From the IMG/VR virus record IMGVR_UViG_3300034062_002901, positions 1 to 60,786 of that record: a DNA stretch of 60,786 bases; one strand, 5' to 3'. Every line of letters starts with the position of its first letter. Positions within the stretch are counted from its first letter, which is position 1. The notes under the pieces are model-generated. The model worked only from the letters and a program-made list of their open reading frames with translations, was not told the origin of the DNA and did not search any database. The position numbers and the translations under genes were made by a program. Shown here piece after piece: positions 8,269-16,552 of this stretch. This DNA is from a virus (Duplodnaviria > Caudoviricetes).

Positions 8269-9291
8269 ATGGCTCATATGATTGACGAAACCACCGGCCG
8301 CGCTGCTATTGCTTACGCTGGACAAACCCCCTGGCATGGTTTGGGTCAGGCCCTAACGCCTGGCGCAAGTATTGAGACATGGGCCCGCGAAGCAGGCCTT
8401 GCATATGATGTGCTTGAGAGCCCCGTTAAGTATTCCACGCCGGCCGCGACGGAGCTGCAAACCTGGCCAGCGCGTAAAGTGCTGCACCGGTCCGACACCG
8501 GCGCGCCCTTGGCGGTTGTGTCAAGTGCCTATAACGTGGTGCAGCCCGGCCAGGTAATGGACTTCTTTCGCCAGCTGGTAGACCTGGGCGGGTTTGAGCT
8601 TGAGACCGCCGGCGCCCTCAGTGACGGCCGCCGGGTTTGGGCCCTGGCCCGCGTCGGCGATGCTGCGCCTGTGGTCGACGGCGACCTGGTCAAGCCTTAC
8701 TTGTTGCTGGGCACGTCATATGATGGAACCATGGCGACCGTCGCAAAATTCACGGCAATTCGCGTGGTGTGCAATAACACCATAACGGCCGCCGTCGGCG
8801 GCTACAGTGGCGGCCGCGTGGTCCGTGGCGAGGGCGAGATAAATACCGGTTACCTAAAATCGGCCGTCCGGGTTTTGCATTCTGAACGCTTCGACGCCGA
8901 CGCTGTGCGGCTGCAGCTGGGGATTGTGGCGAATGCCTTTGAGGGTTTTCTAGTGCAGTCCCGGCAGTTGGCCGGCCAGACCATGGACATGGTCCAGGCG
9001 GATGCATTCGTTGCCGAGCTGTTGCGCCCTTATCATTCCAGCGCGCGCCCGGTGACCGAGTCAAAAGCTTATGTGCGGATCATGCAATTATTTAACGGCC
9101 GGGCGATCGGCTCTGACTTGCCTGGCGTGGCCGGCACCCGCTGGGCTATGTTTAACGCGGTAACCGAGCTTGTCGACCACGAGCGCGGCCGCTCGAATAA
9201 CACCAGGATCGAATCGGCATGGTTTGGGACCGGTGCAGCACTTAAGGCCCGGGCCGCCGAGCTGCTCGCCGCCGAGCTGGTAGGGGTTTAA
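8269..9291 (+). CDS. DUF932 family (phage/plasmid TIGR03299-like) protein
   Basis: PWHGLG, Y.VVQP, ETAG.L..GRRVW.LA, SYDG, IRVVCNNT and GT.WA.FNAVTE..DH motifs. Confidence 0.85.
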   Translation: MAHMIDETTGRAAIAYAGQTPWHGLGQALTPGASIETWAREAGLAYDVLESPVKYSTPAATELQTWPARKVLHRSDTGAPLAVVSSAYNVVQPGQVMDFFRQLVDLGGFELETAGALSDGRRVWALARVGDAAPVVDGDLVKPYLLLGTSYDGTMATVAKFTAIRVVCNNTITAAVGGYSGGRVVRGEGEINTGYLKSAVRVLHSERFDADAVRLQLGIVANAFEGFLVQSRQLAGQTMDMVQADAFVAELLRPYHSSARPVTESKAYVRIMQLFNGRAIGSDLPGVAGTRWAMFNAVTELVDHERGRSNNTRIESAWFGTGAALKARAAELLAAELVGV

Positions 9292-9293
9292 TC

Positions 9294-9503
9294 ATGGTCC
9301 AAATTGAATACACCAAAAAACCCAGCGGCCCGACGCTACGCGCCGCGATCCGCAAAGCATTGAGCGCTGGTGAAACCTGGCTGCAGCTAACATGGGGAGA
9401 AAATCAAATCACAATCGAGCGCGGCCCTTATGGTTTTACCGGCCATGGCTGGATCGGCCGCCACGGTGGCGACGACCTGGCGAGAGAGTTCAAAATTCGA
9501 TAA
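9294..9503 (+). CDS. Hypothetical protein
   Basis: Follows DUF932 gene; ends at a terminator. Confidence 0.7.
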   Translation: MVQIEYTKKPSGPTLRAAIRKALSAGETWLQLTWGENQITIERGPYGFTGHGWIGRHGGDDLAREFKIR

Positions 9504-9506
9504 CCC

Positions 9507-9532
9507 AAACCCGGCCAAGCGCCGGGTTTTTT
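9507..9532 (+). terminator. Rho-independent terminator AAACCCGGC-caagc-GCCGGGTTTTTT
   Basis: Stem plus T tract, near-identical to those at 7370 and 9939. Confidence 0.8.
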
Positions 9533-9537
9533 GCCTA

Positions 9538-9612
9538 TTGCGTTCAGTTGATTTTTTAGACTAAAATTAAACCCCGGCCACGTTGGCCGGGAATAAACTA
9601 GAAAGTGAGAAT
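9538..9612 (+). promoter_or_regulatory. Promoter TTGCGT-N18-TAAAAT plus TAGAAAGTGAGAA RBS motif
   Basis: Shares TTAGACTAAAATTAAA with the 8187 promoter. Confidence 0.65.
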
Positions 9613-9616
9613 TTTT

Positions 9617-9916
9617 ATGTCCTGTTTTGTTGTCCCTGATTATCACGTGACCACCGGCCGCGCCCCGGTTCCACTGTTGCTGAATGCTGCCGGCCGCGTC
9701 GGTGGCCGTCTGCGCCTGGTGCAGCTGTTTCGCCTGGCCGGCGCTGGCTTGGTCCGGGTTACATGGTCCGCCACATGGTCCGAGTATCAAGTACGCGCCA
9801 CCGGCCCCGGCGGCCGCCTGGTGGCCGAGTACTTCACCGACGACAGGGCCGACGCCCTAGGCACGGCCGACGCCATGCTGGCCGAGCTGGCCGCAGCTGC
9901 CGGGGTTCCGGCATGA
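9617..9916 (+). CDS. Hypothetical protein (MSCFVVPDYHV...)
   Basis: ATG after RBS motif; ends before a terminator. Confidence 0.6.
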   Translation: MSCFVVPDYHVTTGRAPVPLLLNAAGRVGGRLRLVQLFRLAGAGLVRVTWSATWSEYQVRATGPGGRLVAEYFTDDRADALGTADAMLAELAAAAGVPA

Positions 9917-9938
9917 GCTGGCCGCGTTAGTTCGATTC

Positions 9939-9967
9939 AAACCCGGCCAGGCGCCGGGTTTTTTTTT
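9939..9967 (+). terminator. Rho-independent terminator AAACCCGGC-caggc-GCCGGG-T9
   Basis: Stem plus T tract. Confidence 0.8.
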
Positions 9968-10069
9968 CGCCCGGTATCGGCCTGCCGGCCTGGGAATAGC
10001 TTAAACCTATCGCAAACCCCGGGGCCATAGTCCGCGCCATGCCAGGCCGCGATCCAGGCCCGGCCAGCG

Positions 10070-10303
10070 CGTGATCCGTGGCGCGCGTATCGTGGCTTGG
10101 TGGCCGTGGCCATGGGGGCCGCCGGCCGTGGCCATGGGGGCCGCCGGCGCTTGGTCCGGTGTTTGTGTTTGTATGTCCGCCGGCCAGGTGTTTGTATGTG
10201 CGACATACAAACAAGGCCCGGCCAGCTGCGGCCGCCGGCCGTGGCCATGGGGGCCGCCGGCCGTGTCCATGGGGGCCGTGGCCATGGTGGCCGCCGGCCG
10301 TGG
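10070..10303. repeat. GC-rich 22-bp repeat block (GGCCGTGGCCATGGGGGCCGCC) around an 11-bp hairpin (10189-10213)
   Basis: Exact copies at 10102, 10124 and 10237; degenerate copies at about 10259 and 10274. Confidence 0.85.
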
Positions 10304-10448
10304 TCGGCGTTCCTGGTAACTTTCGCCCCGGTGCCCGGCGCCCCGGTTCGCGGGCCCTAGCACGTAAGTGAGCACCCACCCGCCCCGGGGCCCGAAAAAA
10401 CGGGCCGGGGGGGAAGCGGCGCAGGCTTTAGCCTTGTTTTACACGGTA

Positions 10449-10464
10449 AGTTTCACGTGAAACA
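10449..10464. promoter_or_regulatory. parS: parS-like palindrome AGTTTCACGTGAAACA
   Basis: 15/16 match to the canonical chromosomal parS TGTTTCACGTGAAACA; intergenic. Confidence 0.65.
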
Positions 10465-10555
10465 CTTTTAGACCCCCAACAATAAAAGGGCCCCCTTTGT
10501 GTAACAAGTCAACCTGTGCCAAAATTTGTGCAAATTTAAAACGAAACGGACTTTT

Positions 10556-12013
10556 ATGATCCCTGAAGAAATTGACGCCGAACGGCTAAAGCTTGAATAC
10601 CGACTGGCGCAGATTGACACGCAAGACAAGGCCAAGACCGGCTTCCTTGATTTTGCACGCTATGTCTGGCCAAGCGCGATCCTCGGTGAACATCACTCGG
10701 TTATGGGCAAGGCTTTTGACCGGATTGCTGCGGGGTCCTTGAAGCGTTTGATCATTAACATGCCGCCTCGGCACACAAAGTCTGAGTTTGCGAGCTTTCT
10801 TTTGCCGGCCTATCTCATGGGCCGTGATCCGCGAACCAAGGCTATTGAGGCGACGCACAACAGTGAGTTGGCGGTGCGATTCGGCCGGAAAGTCCGTGAT
10901 TTGATGGACACGGATGTGTATAAGGATTTGTTTCCTGATGTTAGTTTGAAGCAGGACAGCAAAGCTGCCGGCCGGTGGGACACGAGCAAGGGCGGGGAGT
11001 ATTTTGCGGTTGGTGTTGGAGGTGCGATGACGGGCCGTGGTGCGGATGTTTTGATCATTGACGACCCGCATTCGGAGCAGGATGCGATGAGTGAGTTGGC
11101 TTTGGACAATGCGTGGGAGTGGTACAGCTCGGGTCCTCGTACGCGATTGCAGCCGGGCGGGGCGGTGGTGATTGTGATGACGAGGTGGGGGACAAAGGAT
11201 TTGACGGCGCGGTTGCTCAAGGCGCAGAAATCACGGAACGCGGATCAGTGGGAGGTGATTGAGTTTCCTGCCATCTTGCCATCGGGTAAACCCTTGTGGC
11301 CGGAGTTTTGGAAGCTGGAGGAGTTGGAAGGCGTGAAGGCTAGTTTGTCGGTACAGAAGTGGAATGCAATGTACCAGCAGCAGCCTACGAATGACGAGGG
11401 TGCGATCTTGAAGAGGGAGTGGTGGAGGGTCTGGCCGCATGATGAGCCGCCGGTGGTGAACTACATTATTCAGTCGATGGACACGGCGTATTCCAAGAAG
11501 GAGACGGCTGACTTTTCTGTTATCACGACGTGGGGTGTGTTTTACGAGAATGAGGATTCTGGGGCGTCGATTATTTTGTTGGATGTTAAGAGGGGGCGTT
11601 GGGATTTTCCGGAGTTAAAGCGCATTGCAAAGGAGCAGTATGACCATTGGCAGCCAGACAACGTGTTGATTGAGGCGAAGGCCACGGGCACGCCTTTGCA
11701 GCAGGAGTTGCGGCGGATGAGTATTCCTGTGACGATGTACTCGCCGGGGGGCAGGAGAACGGGCACGGACAAGGTGGCGCGGGCCAATGCGGTGGCGCCT
11801 GTGTTTGAGGCGGGGATGGTTTGGGCACCTGACACGGAGTGGGCGGAGCTGCTTGTTGAGGAGTGCGCGGCTTTCCCGCACGGGGACAACGACGACATGG
11901 TGGACAGCACGACGATGGCAATGGACAGGTTTCGGCGGGGTAACTTTATTAGCTTGGCCACGGACGACAACGAGGAAAGGGAAACGGGAGACCTTGTGCC
12001 GGAGTACTATTGA
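10556..12013 (+). CDS. terL: Terminase large subunit
   Basis: INMPPRHTKS Walker A, LIIDDP Walker B, MTRW motif, C-terminal RNase H-like nuclease (QSMDTA...DDMVD). Confidence 0.95.
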   Translation: MIPEEIDAERLKLEYRLAQIDTQDKAKTGFLDFARYVWPSAILGEHHSVMGKAFDRIAAGSLKRLIINMPPRHTKSEFASFLLPAYLMGRDPRTKAIEATHNSELAVRFGRKVRDLMDTDVYKDLFPDVSLKQDSKAAGRWDTSKGGEYFAVGVGGAMTGRGADVLIIDDPHSEQDAMSELALDNAWEWYSSGPRTRLQPGGAVVIVMTRWGTKDLTARLLKAQKSRNADQWEVIEFPAILPSGKPLWPEFWKLEELEGVKASLSVQKWNAMYQQQPTNDEGAILKREWWRVWPHDEPPVVNYIIQSMDTAYSKKETADFSVITTWGVFYENEDSGASIILLDVKRGRWDFPELKRIAKEQYDHWQPDNVLIEAKATGTPLQQELRRMSIPVTMYSPGGRRTGTDKVARANAVAPVFEAGMVWAPDTEWAELLVEECAAFPHGDNDDMVDSTTMAMDRFRRGNFISLATDDNEERETGDLVPEYY

Positions 12014-12052
12014 CGTTTAAAATGGGCTAACCAATACCTTGGCCAAGGCGCT

Positions 12053-15000
12053 ATGAAATACACTACTTTGTCAGATGACGACATGGACAATGTCCAAAAG
12101 TTTGCCTTTGGTGGCATTGCCAATCCTGCTCAAAGGGCGTTTCTGCGCGCATCGGATCGTGAGTATTTGGCCGAGCGCCAAGCGGAGCTGGACGCGTTTG
12201 AGGAGCAGCGCCAATCGTACAACACGGGTTTGGCCAAGTACCAAGAAGAGGTGTACAACCCTTACCAGCAGCAGTCCCAAGCGTACAACGCAGCGGCCCA
12301 GCAGTACAACACCGATGTGTACAACCCTTACCAGCAGCAGTACGGCGCGTATGAAAAAGCTGTGGCGGATTTTAACGCGGGGGATCGCACCTCTGACTAT
12401 GCGGGCCCGGCAGAGCCGACACTGGCAAGGCAGTTTGACATGCAAGCGCCCACGGCCCCGGGGTCCTTTGACATGGCAGCGCCTGTCCTGCCGTTCAAGG
12501 AAGAGGAGATTGTGGCCCGTCAGCAGCAAGCCGCAGAAACAGCGCGCAGGGATGCGGGCAACCGCGCCACTGCCCTTAACGTGGTCAGCAACCCGGATCA
12601 GTTTAACTTTGGATCAATGTCCATTGCCAATCGGTTTATGGCCGAAGGGGGCGAAGTGAAAAGAAAATCAGCCAAGGAAATGCTGATGGAGATGGCCGAG
12701 GGCGGGGAGGTTGGCATTGACAAGAACGAGCAAGCAAGGCGCGAGCAAACAGCGCGCGAGCAGGCAAGGTTTTTGGAGAGCGGACTATCCGCTGAGAAGT
12801 ACGCCAAGCAAGAGGAGGAGCGGGAGGAGAGCGTAAGGCTTGGCATTGCCGCGCGCGAGCAGGCAGCGGCTTGGGCGAGCGGAAAATCAGCCAAGGAAAT
12901 GTTGGCCCAGCTGCGAGAGGCCCAGCTTGCCAGTTTTCTTTCGCGAACAAAAGGAGGTGTAACAGTCCCTCTAAGCGAAAGCGAAGCGCACAAGGACAGT
13001 GCAAAGCGGGCTCAGTACGGCAGACAGGCCCGAAAGGAAGAGCTGGCAAGGCGCGAGCAAGGAAAAACAAATCCTGTAGCCCCGCCGGTAGCTCCACCGC
13101 CGGTAGCTCCACCGCCGGTAGCTCCACCGCCCGTAGCTCCGCCTGTAGCTCCACCGCTCGTAGCTCCGCCGGTAGCTCCACCGCCGGTAGCTCCACCGCC
13201 CGTAGCTCCGCCCGTAGCCCCGCCGGTAGCTCCACCGCCGGTAGCTCCGCCTCCTGAGGCCCCGATCTTTGCGCAGCCCGGCATCAGCCCTGGAACCACG
13301 GCCATCGGATCACCTGACATGCCGCTTGCCGGCGCGTTGAATACTTTGAACGCAATTGGCGCCAACCCTAACTTGTCGCCTACTATGCTGGGTGGTCAGC
13401 AAAACGCGGGGGTAATGACAGACCGTTTGGGCAACCTTATTTATTCTCCCGGAGCACCCCAAGCGGTACCGGCGGCATCGCCTATGCCCGACCCAATCTT
13501 TGCACGGCCCGTAATTAGCGCTCCCGGTGTAATAGGCTCTCAAGCGGAAATGTTGCCCGTGTCTGGCGGCACCGCTTCTGAAGACTTTTCCCAGTTAAAT
13601 GCGGTACCGGCGGCATCGCCTATGCCAGTGCTAAACCTAGCCAGCAACGTTAGCTCTCCTATTGCAGGGGCTCCCACTCCCTTGGGCAGCGCCCCAAGCA
13701 CCGCGCCTCGTGAACAAGGGGGCATGGCCAACGGCCCTGCGGCCCTTGGCATTAATGCCCAAGGCCCGGTTATTAATACCCAAGGCTTGGCCATGCCGAT
13801 GTTTAACAACTCGGGCTTGGGCGGTGCAGCGACAAATCCTCAGAGCTACTTTTCAATGTTCAACCCCGGCCCGCCCGGCATTAGCTTGGGAGCCACGGCC
13901 ATTGGATCGCCTGACATGCCTATGTACGGCGCGATGAACACGATGAACGCAATGGGCTCTAGCCCCAACTTGTCGCCCACTATGCTGGGCGGCCAGCAAA
14001 ACGCGGGCTTTATGACCGACCGTTTGGGCAACCGCATTTACTCTCCCGGTGCGCCTCTTTTGTACGGCTTTGCCAAGGGCGGCCTTGCTGACGCCACGGC
14101 CACGGCCAACGCCTACACCATGGAAGACGAGGAAGACGTGCCGGTTGACACAGACCCCGTAGGTTCGGCCAAAAAGATGCTGGCTGCAATAAAACCTTCA
14201 AAAAAGTCTGCTCCCTCGCCCATTGCCAAGAGCATTAAGAAGTCGGGCGGCGCAAGTGCCAGCAAGGAAATGGACATGGCCTACCAGCCCTTGTCCTCGG
14301 CCAAAGAACAAGTGCCCGAGCTTAGGGACTCGCGCTCTGCTAGGGCGCAGATGGAAGCCATGGCCGAGGCCTACAAGCTGCGTGCCCAAGCGGCGACGCA
14401 GCAGTCTAAGGGGTTTATACGCGACACGATGAACGCGCCTACTTTGGACAGACCCAACTTGGGCAAAAACACTTTGACAGCCAAGCGGTTTAACGAAGGG
14501 GGTGAAGTGGAGCTGACGCAAGAAGAGATTGACGCGGCGAGCAAGCCTGCGTTTGTGACGCCGAAGTCTGGCATAGGCCGCAAGGAAGGCCCGATCAGCC
14601 AAGCGTTGAAGTCGGGCGAGGCGTATGTGAACGTGGCCAAGGGCTTGACGGAAATGCCGTACAACTTGGCAGGCGCGCCTATGGATTTGGCGATGTTGGC
14701 AAGGCAGGGCTTAACGGGCCAGGCCCCGGCCGGCCAAGTAGGCACCAGCGACTACATCAAAAACAAGATGACTGAACTTGGCATTCGCCAAGCGCCACCT
14801 ACCGATCCGACGGCCAAGGGCTTTTACACTGCCGGCGATCTGTTGTCTAACTTGGTCAACCCCGCATCTGTGCCGCGCAAGGTGGGCCCGGCAATTGAAA
14901 AGGGTGTCAAGGCTGGCGCCACTGAGGTGGGCCGTCAGTTAGACCGTGCCATTATGGACAGCGCCGGTCCGTTGGCCGGTGTAGTGCCCGACGCCGCGCG

Positions 15001-16543
15001 CCCCATGTACGCGGTCCGCCCAACGGGCAGCACCATGCTTACGGGCCCCGTGGGTTTAAACAAAAACGTGAGTGAAGTTGACCAGCTGTTGCAAAGCGGT
15101 GTGAGCAATGCCAAAAGCGCTGCGGGTCAAAACGAGGGCCAGCAAAAACTCCTTGAAGATTTTTGGGGCAAGAAAGCCCGCAATTACTTTGAACGCCAAT
15201 TTGGCACGCCGGACGACCCAATTATGGAAGGCATCAAAGCAGGGACGCTCAAGGGCACAGCATTGTCTTCCGACTTAAAGGCAGGGTTCCCCGAGCACCT
15301 TATTGAGTCCATGTCACTTGGGAAAACGCGGTCAAAGGAGGGCGCTCGTTCAACCCCTGAGTTTGTGGGACCTGGCAAAGCTGAAACTCGGTTTTTTCCA
15401 AAACACCCCAGAGCAATCGAGGACTTTACACAGCGGTATGACACGGCCACGGGGCTTAGAGGCAACCTAATCACCACCAACCCTGCCGCAGCTGACCCAG
15501 ACTACAATTTAATTACCTCCGAAGGCCGGGCCATGGGCCGTGCAGCTTCGGAAGCTGCGGCAGACAAGATGCTCAACCAAGGCATGCGCCCTGAACTGAT
15601 CAACCCTGAGGTCGGTGTCACAACCCGTTCTGTTAAGGACCCTGAGCGCATCGTGAGTGACAACAGCACCCGTTCGGCCAAGGACCTGTACGAAGCCTTT
15701 GAGGAGTCCTCCGCTTACAACAAGCTGACGCCAGAGCAACAACTTGAGTGGGCTAACACTCAATATGGCAGTGGCCGTAGCGCGTTGAGGGGCATGCAAC
15801 CGCCGGAAATTGGGCCAAACTTGCTGGGCGAGAACGTGCGCACCGCCATTGAAAAGGGCGAGCCTGTGTACGACATCAATTACATGGGCAAAACCTTGCA
15901 GTCTTTGTTTAAGCCTGACAACATTAACGAGTACTTGGCCGGCCTGCCTCCCCGCGAGCTTGCCAACATTCGCTTTGAAGATGCAGTACGCGGCGGATTA
16001 AAGATTGGTGAAAAGCAGTTCAAAATGCAGGGATACGTTGACCGTATCAAATCGGGCAAACCTGTGGCAGACAACGTGTTTTCTGAGGGCGTAGGCAAGC
16101 CTCTAATACAATTTGGCGAGGGCTCAGGACTTGATGGGTTCGCTTGGAAGCGTATTGAAAAACGCGAGGCCACCATACCAGAAGGGGCGTATGTAGGCCA
16201 CTCCGTAGGCGGATATGAGACGGGTGGAGTAGGGTATACAACCGACAAGCGCAATGGCTTTAACACAGGCAAGTGGCAGGTATATACTCTACGTGACAAC
16301 AGAAATAGACCTGTCAACACAATTGAGGCAAAAATGCTTGATGAGGATACGCTTGTTGTAACGCAGATTAAGGGCAATGGCCGGGCTACGGGCAACACCG
16401 CTCCGGAAAAGTATGACGGAGCCGTTTTGAAGTTTCTTCAAGACTACTTAAAACCAGTAGCCATTGAAGAGTCGGACAGCCTCCTGACTCCTTTGTTGCA
16501 AAACTACAAAATAGAGCTTGGCGCATCGCCACGTGCTCGATAA
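12053..16543 (+). CDS. Large modular protein (1496 aa) with Pro-rich repeat and PcfJ-like C-terminal domain
   Basis: C-terminal EG..VGHSVGGY...VYTLRD....P..TIE.......QIKG pattern; internal duplications. Confidence 0.65.
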   Translation: MKYTTLSDDDMDNVQKFAFGGIANPAQRAFLRASDREYLAERQAELDAFEEQRQSYNTGLAKYQEEVYNPYQQQSQAYNAAAQQYNTDVYNPYQQQYGAYEKAVADFNAGDRTSDYAGPAEPTLARQFDMQAPTAPGSFDMAAPVLPFKEEEIVARQQQAAETARRDAGNRATALNVVSNPDQFNFGSMSIANRFMAEGGEVKRKSAKEMLMEMAEGGEVGIDKNEQARREQTAREQARFLESGLSAEKYAKQEEEREESVRLGIAAREQAAAWASGKSAKEMLAQLREAQLASFLSRTKGGVTVPLSESEAHKDSAKRAQYGRQARKEELARREQGKTNPVAPPVAPPPVAPPPVAPPPVAPPVAPPLVAPPVAPPPVAPPPVAPPVAPPVAPPPVAPPPEAPIFAQPGISPGTTAIGSPDMPLAGALNTLNAIGANPNLSPTMLGGQQNAGVMTDRLGNLIYSPGAPQAVPAASPMPDPIFARPVISAPGVIGSQAEMLPVSGGTASEDFSQLNAVPAASPMPVLNLASNVSSPIAGAPTPLGSAPSTAPREQGGMANGPAALGINAQGPVINTQGLAMPMFNNSGLGGAATNPQSYFSMFNPGPPGISLGATAIGSPDMPMYGAMNTMNAMGSSPNLSPTMLGGQQNAGFMTDRLGNRIYSPGAPLLYGFAKGGLADATATANAYTMEDEEDVPVDTDPVGSAKKMLAAIKPSKKSAPSPIAKSIKKSGGASASKEMDMAYQPLSSAKEQVPELRDSRSARAQMEAMAEAYKLRAQAATQQSKGFIRDTMNAPTLDRPNLGKNTLTAKRFNEGGEVELTQEEIDAASKPAFVTPKSGIGRKEGPISQALKSGEAYVNVAKGLTEMPYNLAGAPMDLAMLARQGLTGQAPAGQVGTSDYIKNKMTELGIRQAPPTDPTAKGFYTAGDLLSNLVNPASVPRKVGPAIEKGVKAGATEVGRQLDRAIMDSAGPLAGVVPDAARPMYAVRPTGSTMLTGPVGLNKNVSEVDQLLQSGVSNAKSAAGQNEGQQKLLEDFWGKKARNYFERQFGTPDDPIMEGIKAGTLKGTALSSDLKAGFPEHLIESMSLGKTRSKEGARSTPEFVGPGKAETRFFPKHPRAIEDFTQRYDTATGLRGNLITTNPAAADPDYNLITSEGRAMGRAASEAAADKMLNQGMRPELINPEVGVTTRSVKDPERIVSDNSTRSAKDLYEAFEESSAYNKLTPEQQLEWANTQYGSGRSALRGMQPPEIGPNLLGENVRTAIEKGEPVYDINYMGKTLQSLFKPDNINEYLAGLPPRELANIRFEDAVRGGLKIGEKQFKMQGYVDRIKSGKPVADNVFSEGVGKPLIQFGEGSGLDGFAWKRIEKREATIPEGAYVGHSVGGYETGGVGYTTDKRNGFNTGKWQVYTLRDNRNRPVNTIEAKMLDEDTLVVTQIKGNGRATGNTAPEKYDGAVLKFLQDYLKPVAIEESDSLLTPLLQNYKIELGASPRAR
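13076..13255 (+). repeat. Tandem 12/15-bp repeat (GTAGCTCCACCGCCG) encoding VAPP(P)n
   Basis: About a dozen units visible. Confidence 0.9.
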
Positions 16544-16552
16544 GGAACACAC

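Noticed and set aside
4947-10080. Invertible segment bounded by the 11-bp inverted pair CACGGATCACG / CGTGATCCGTG
   Set aside because: Short match, no recombinase gene, and could arise by chance
10070-10303. CRISPR array
   Set aside because: Repeats are adjacent or overlapping, with no unique regularly sized spacers and no cas operon
9927-10379. Several overlapping ORFs on both strands
   Set aside because: Low-complexity translations of a GC-rich repeat block without RBS
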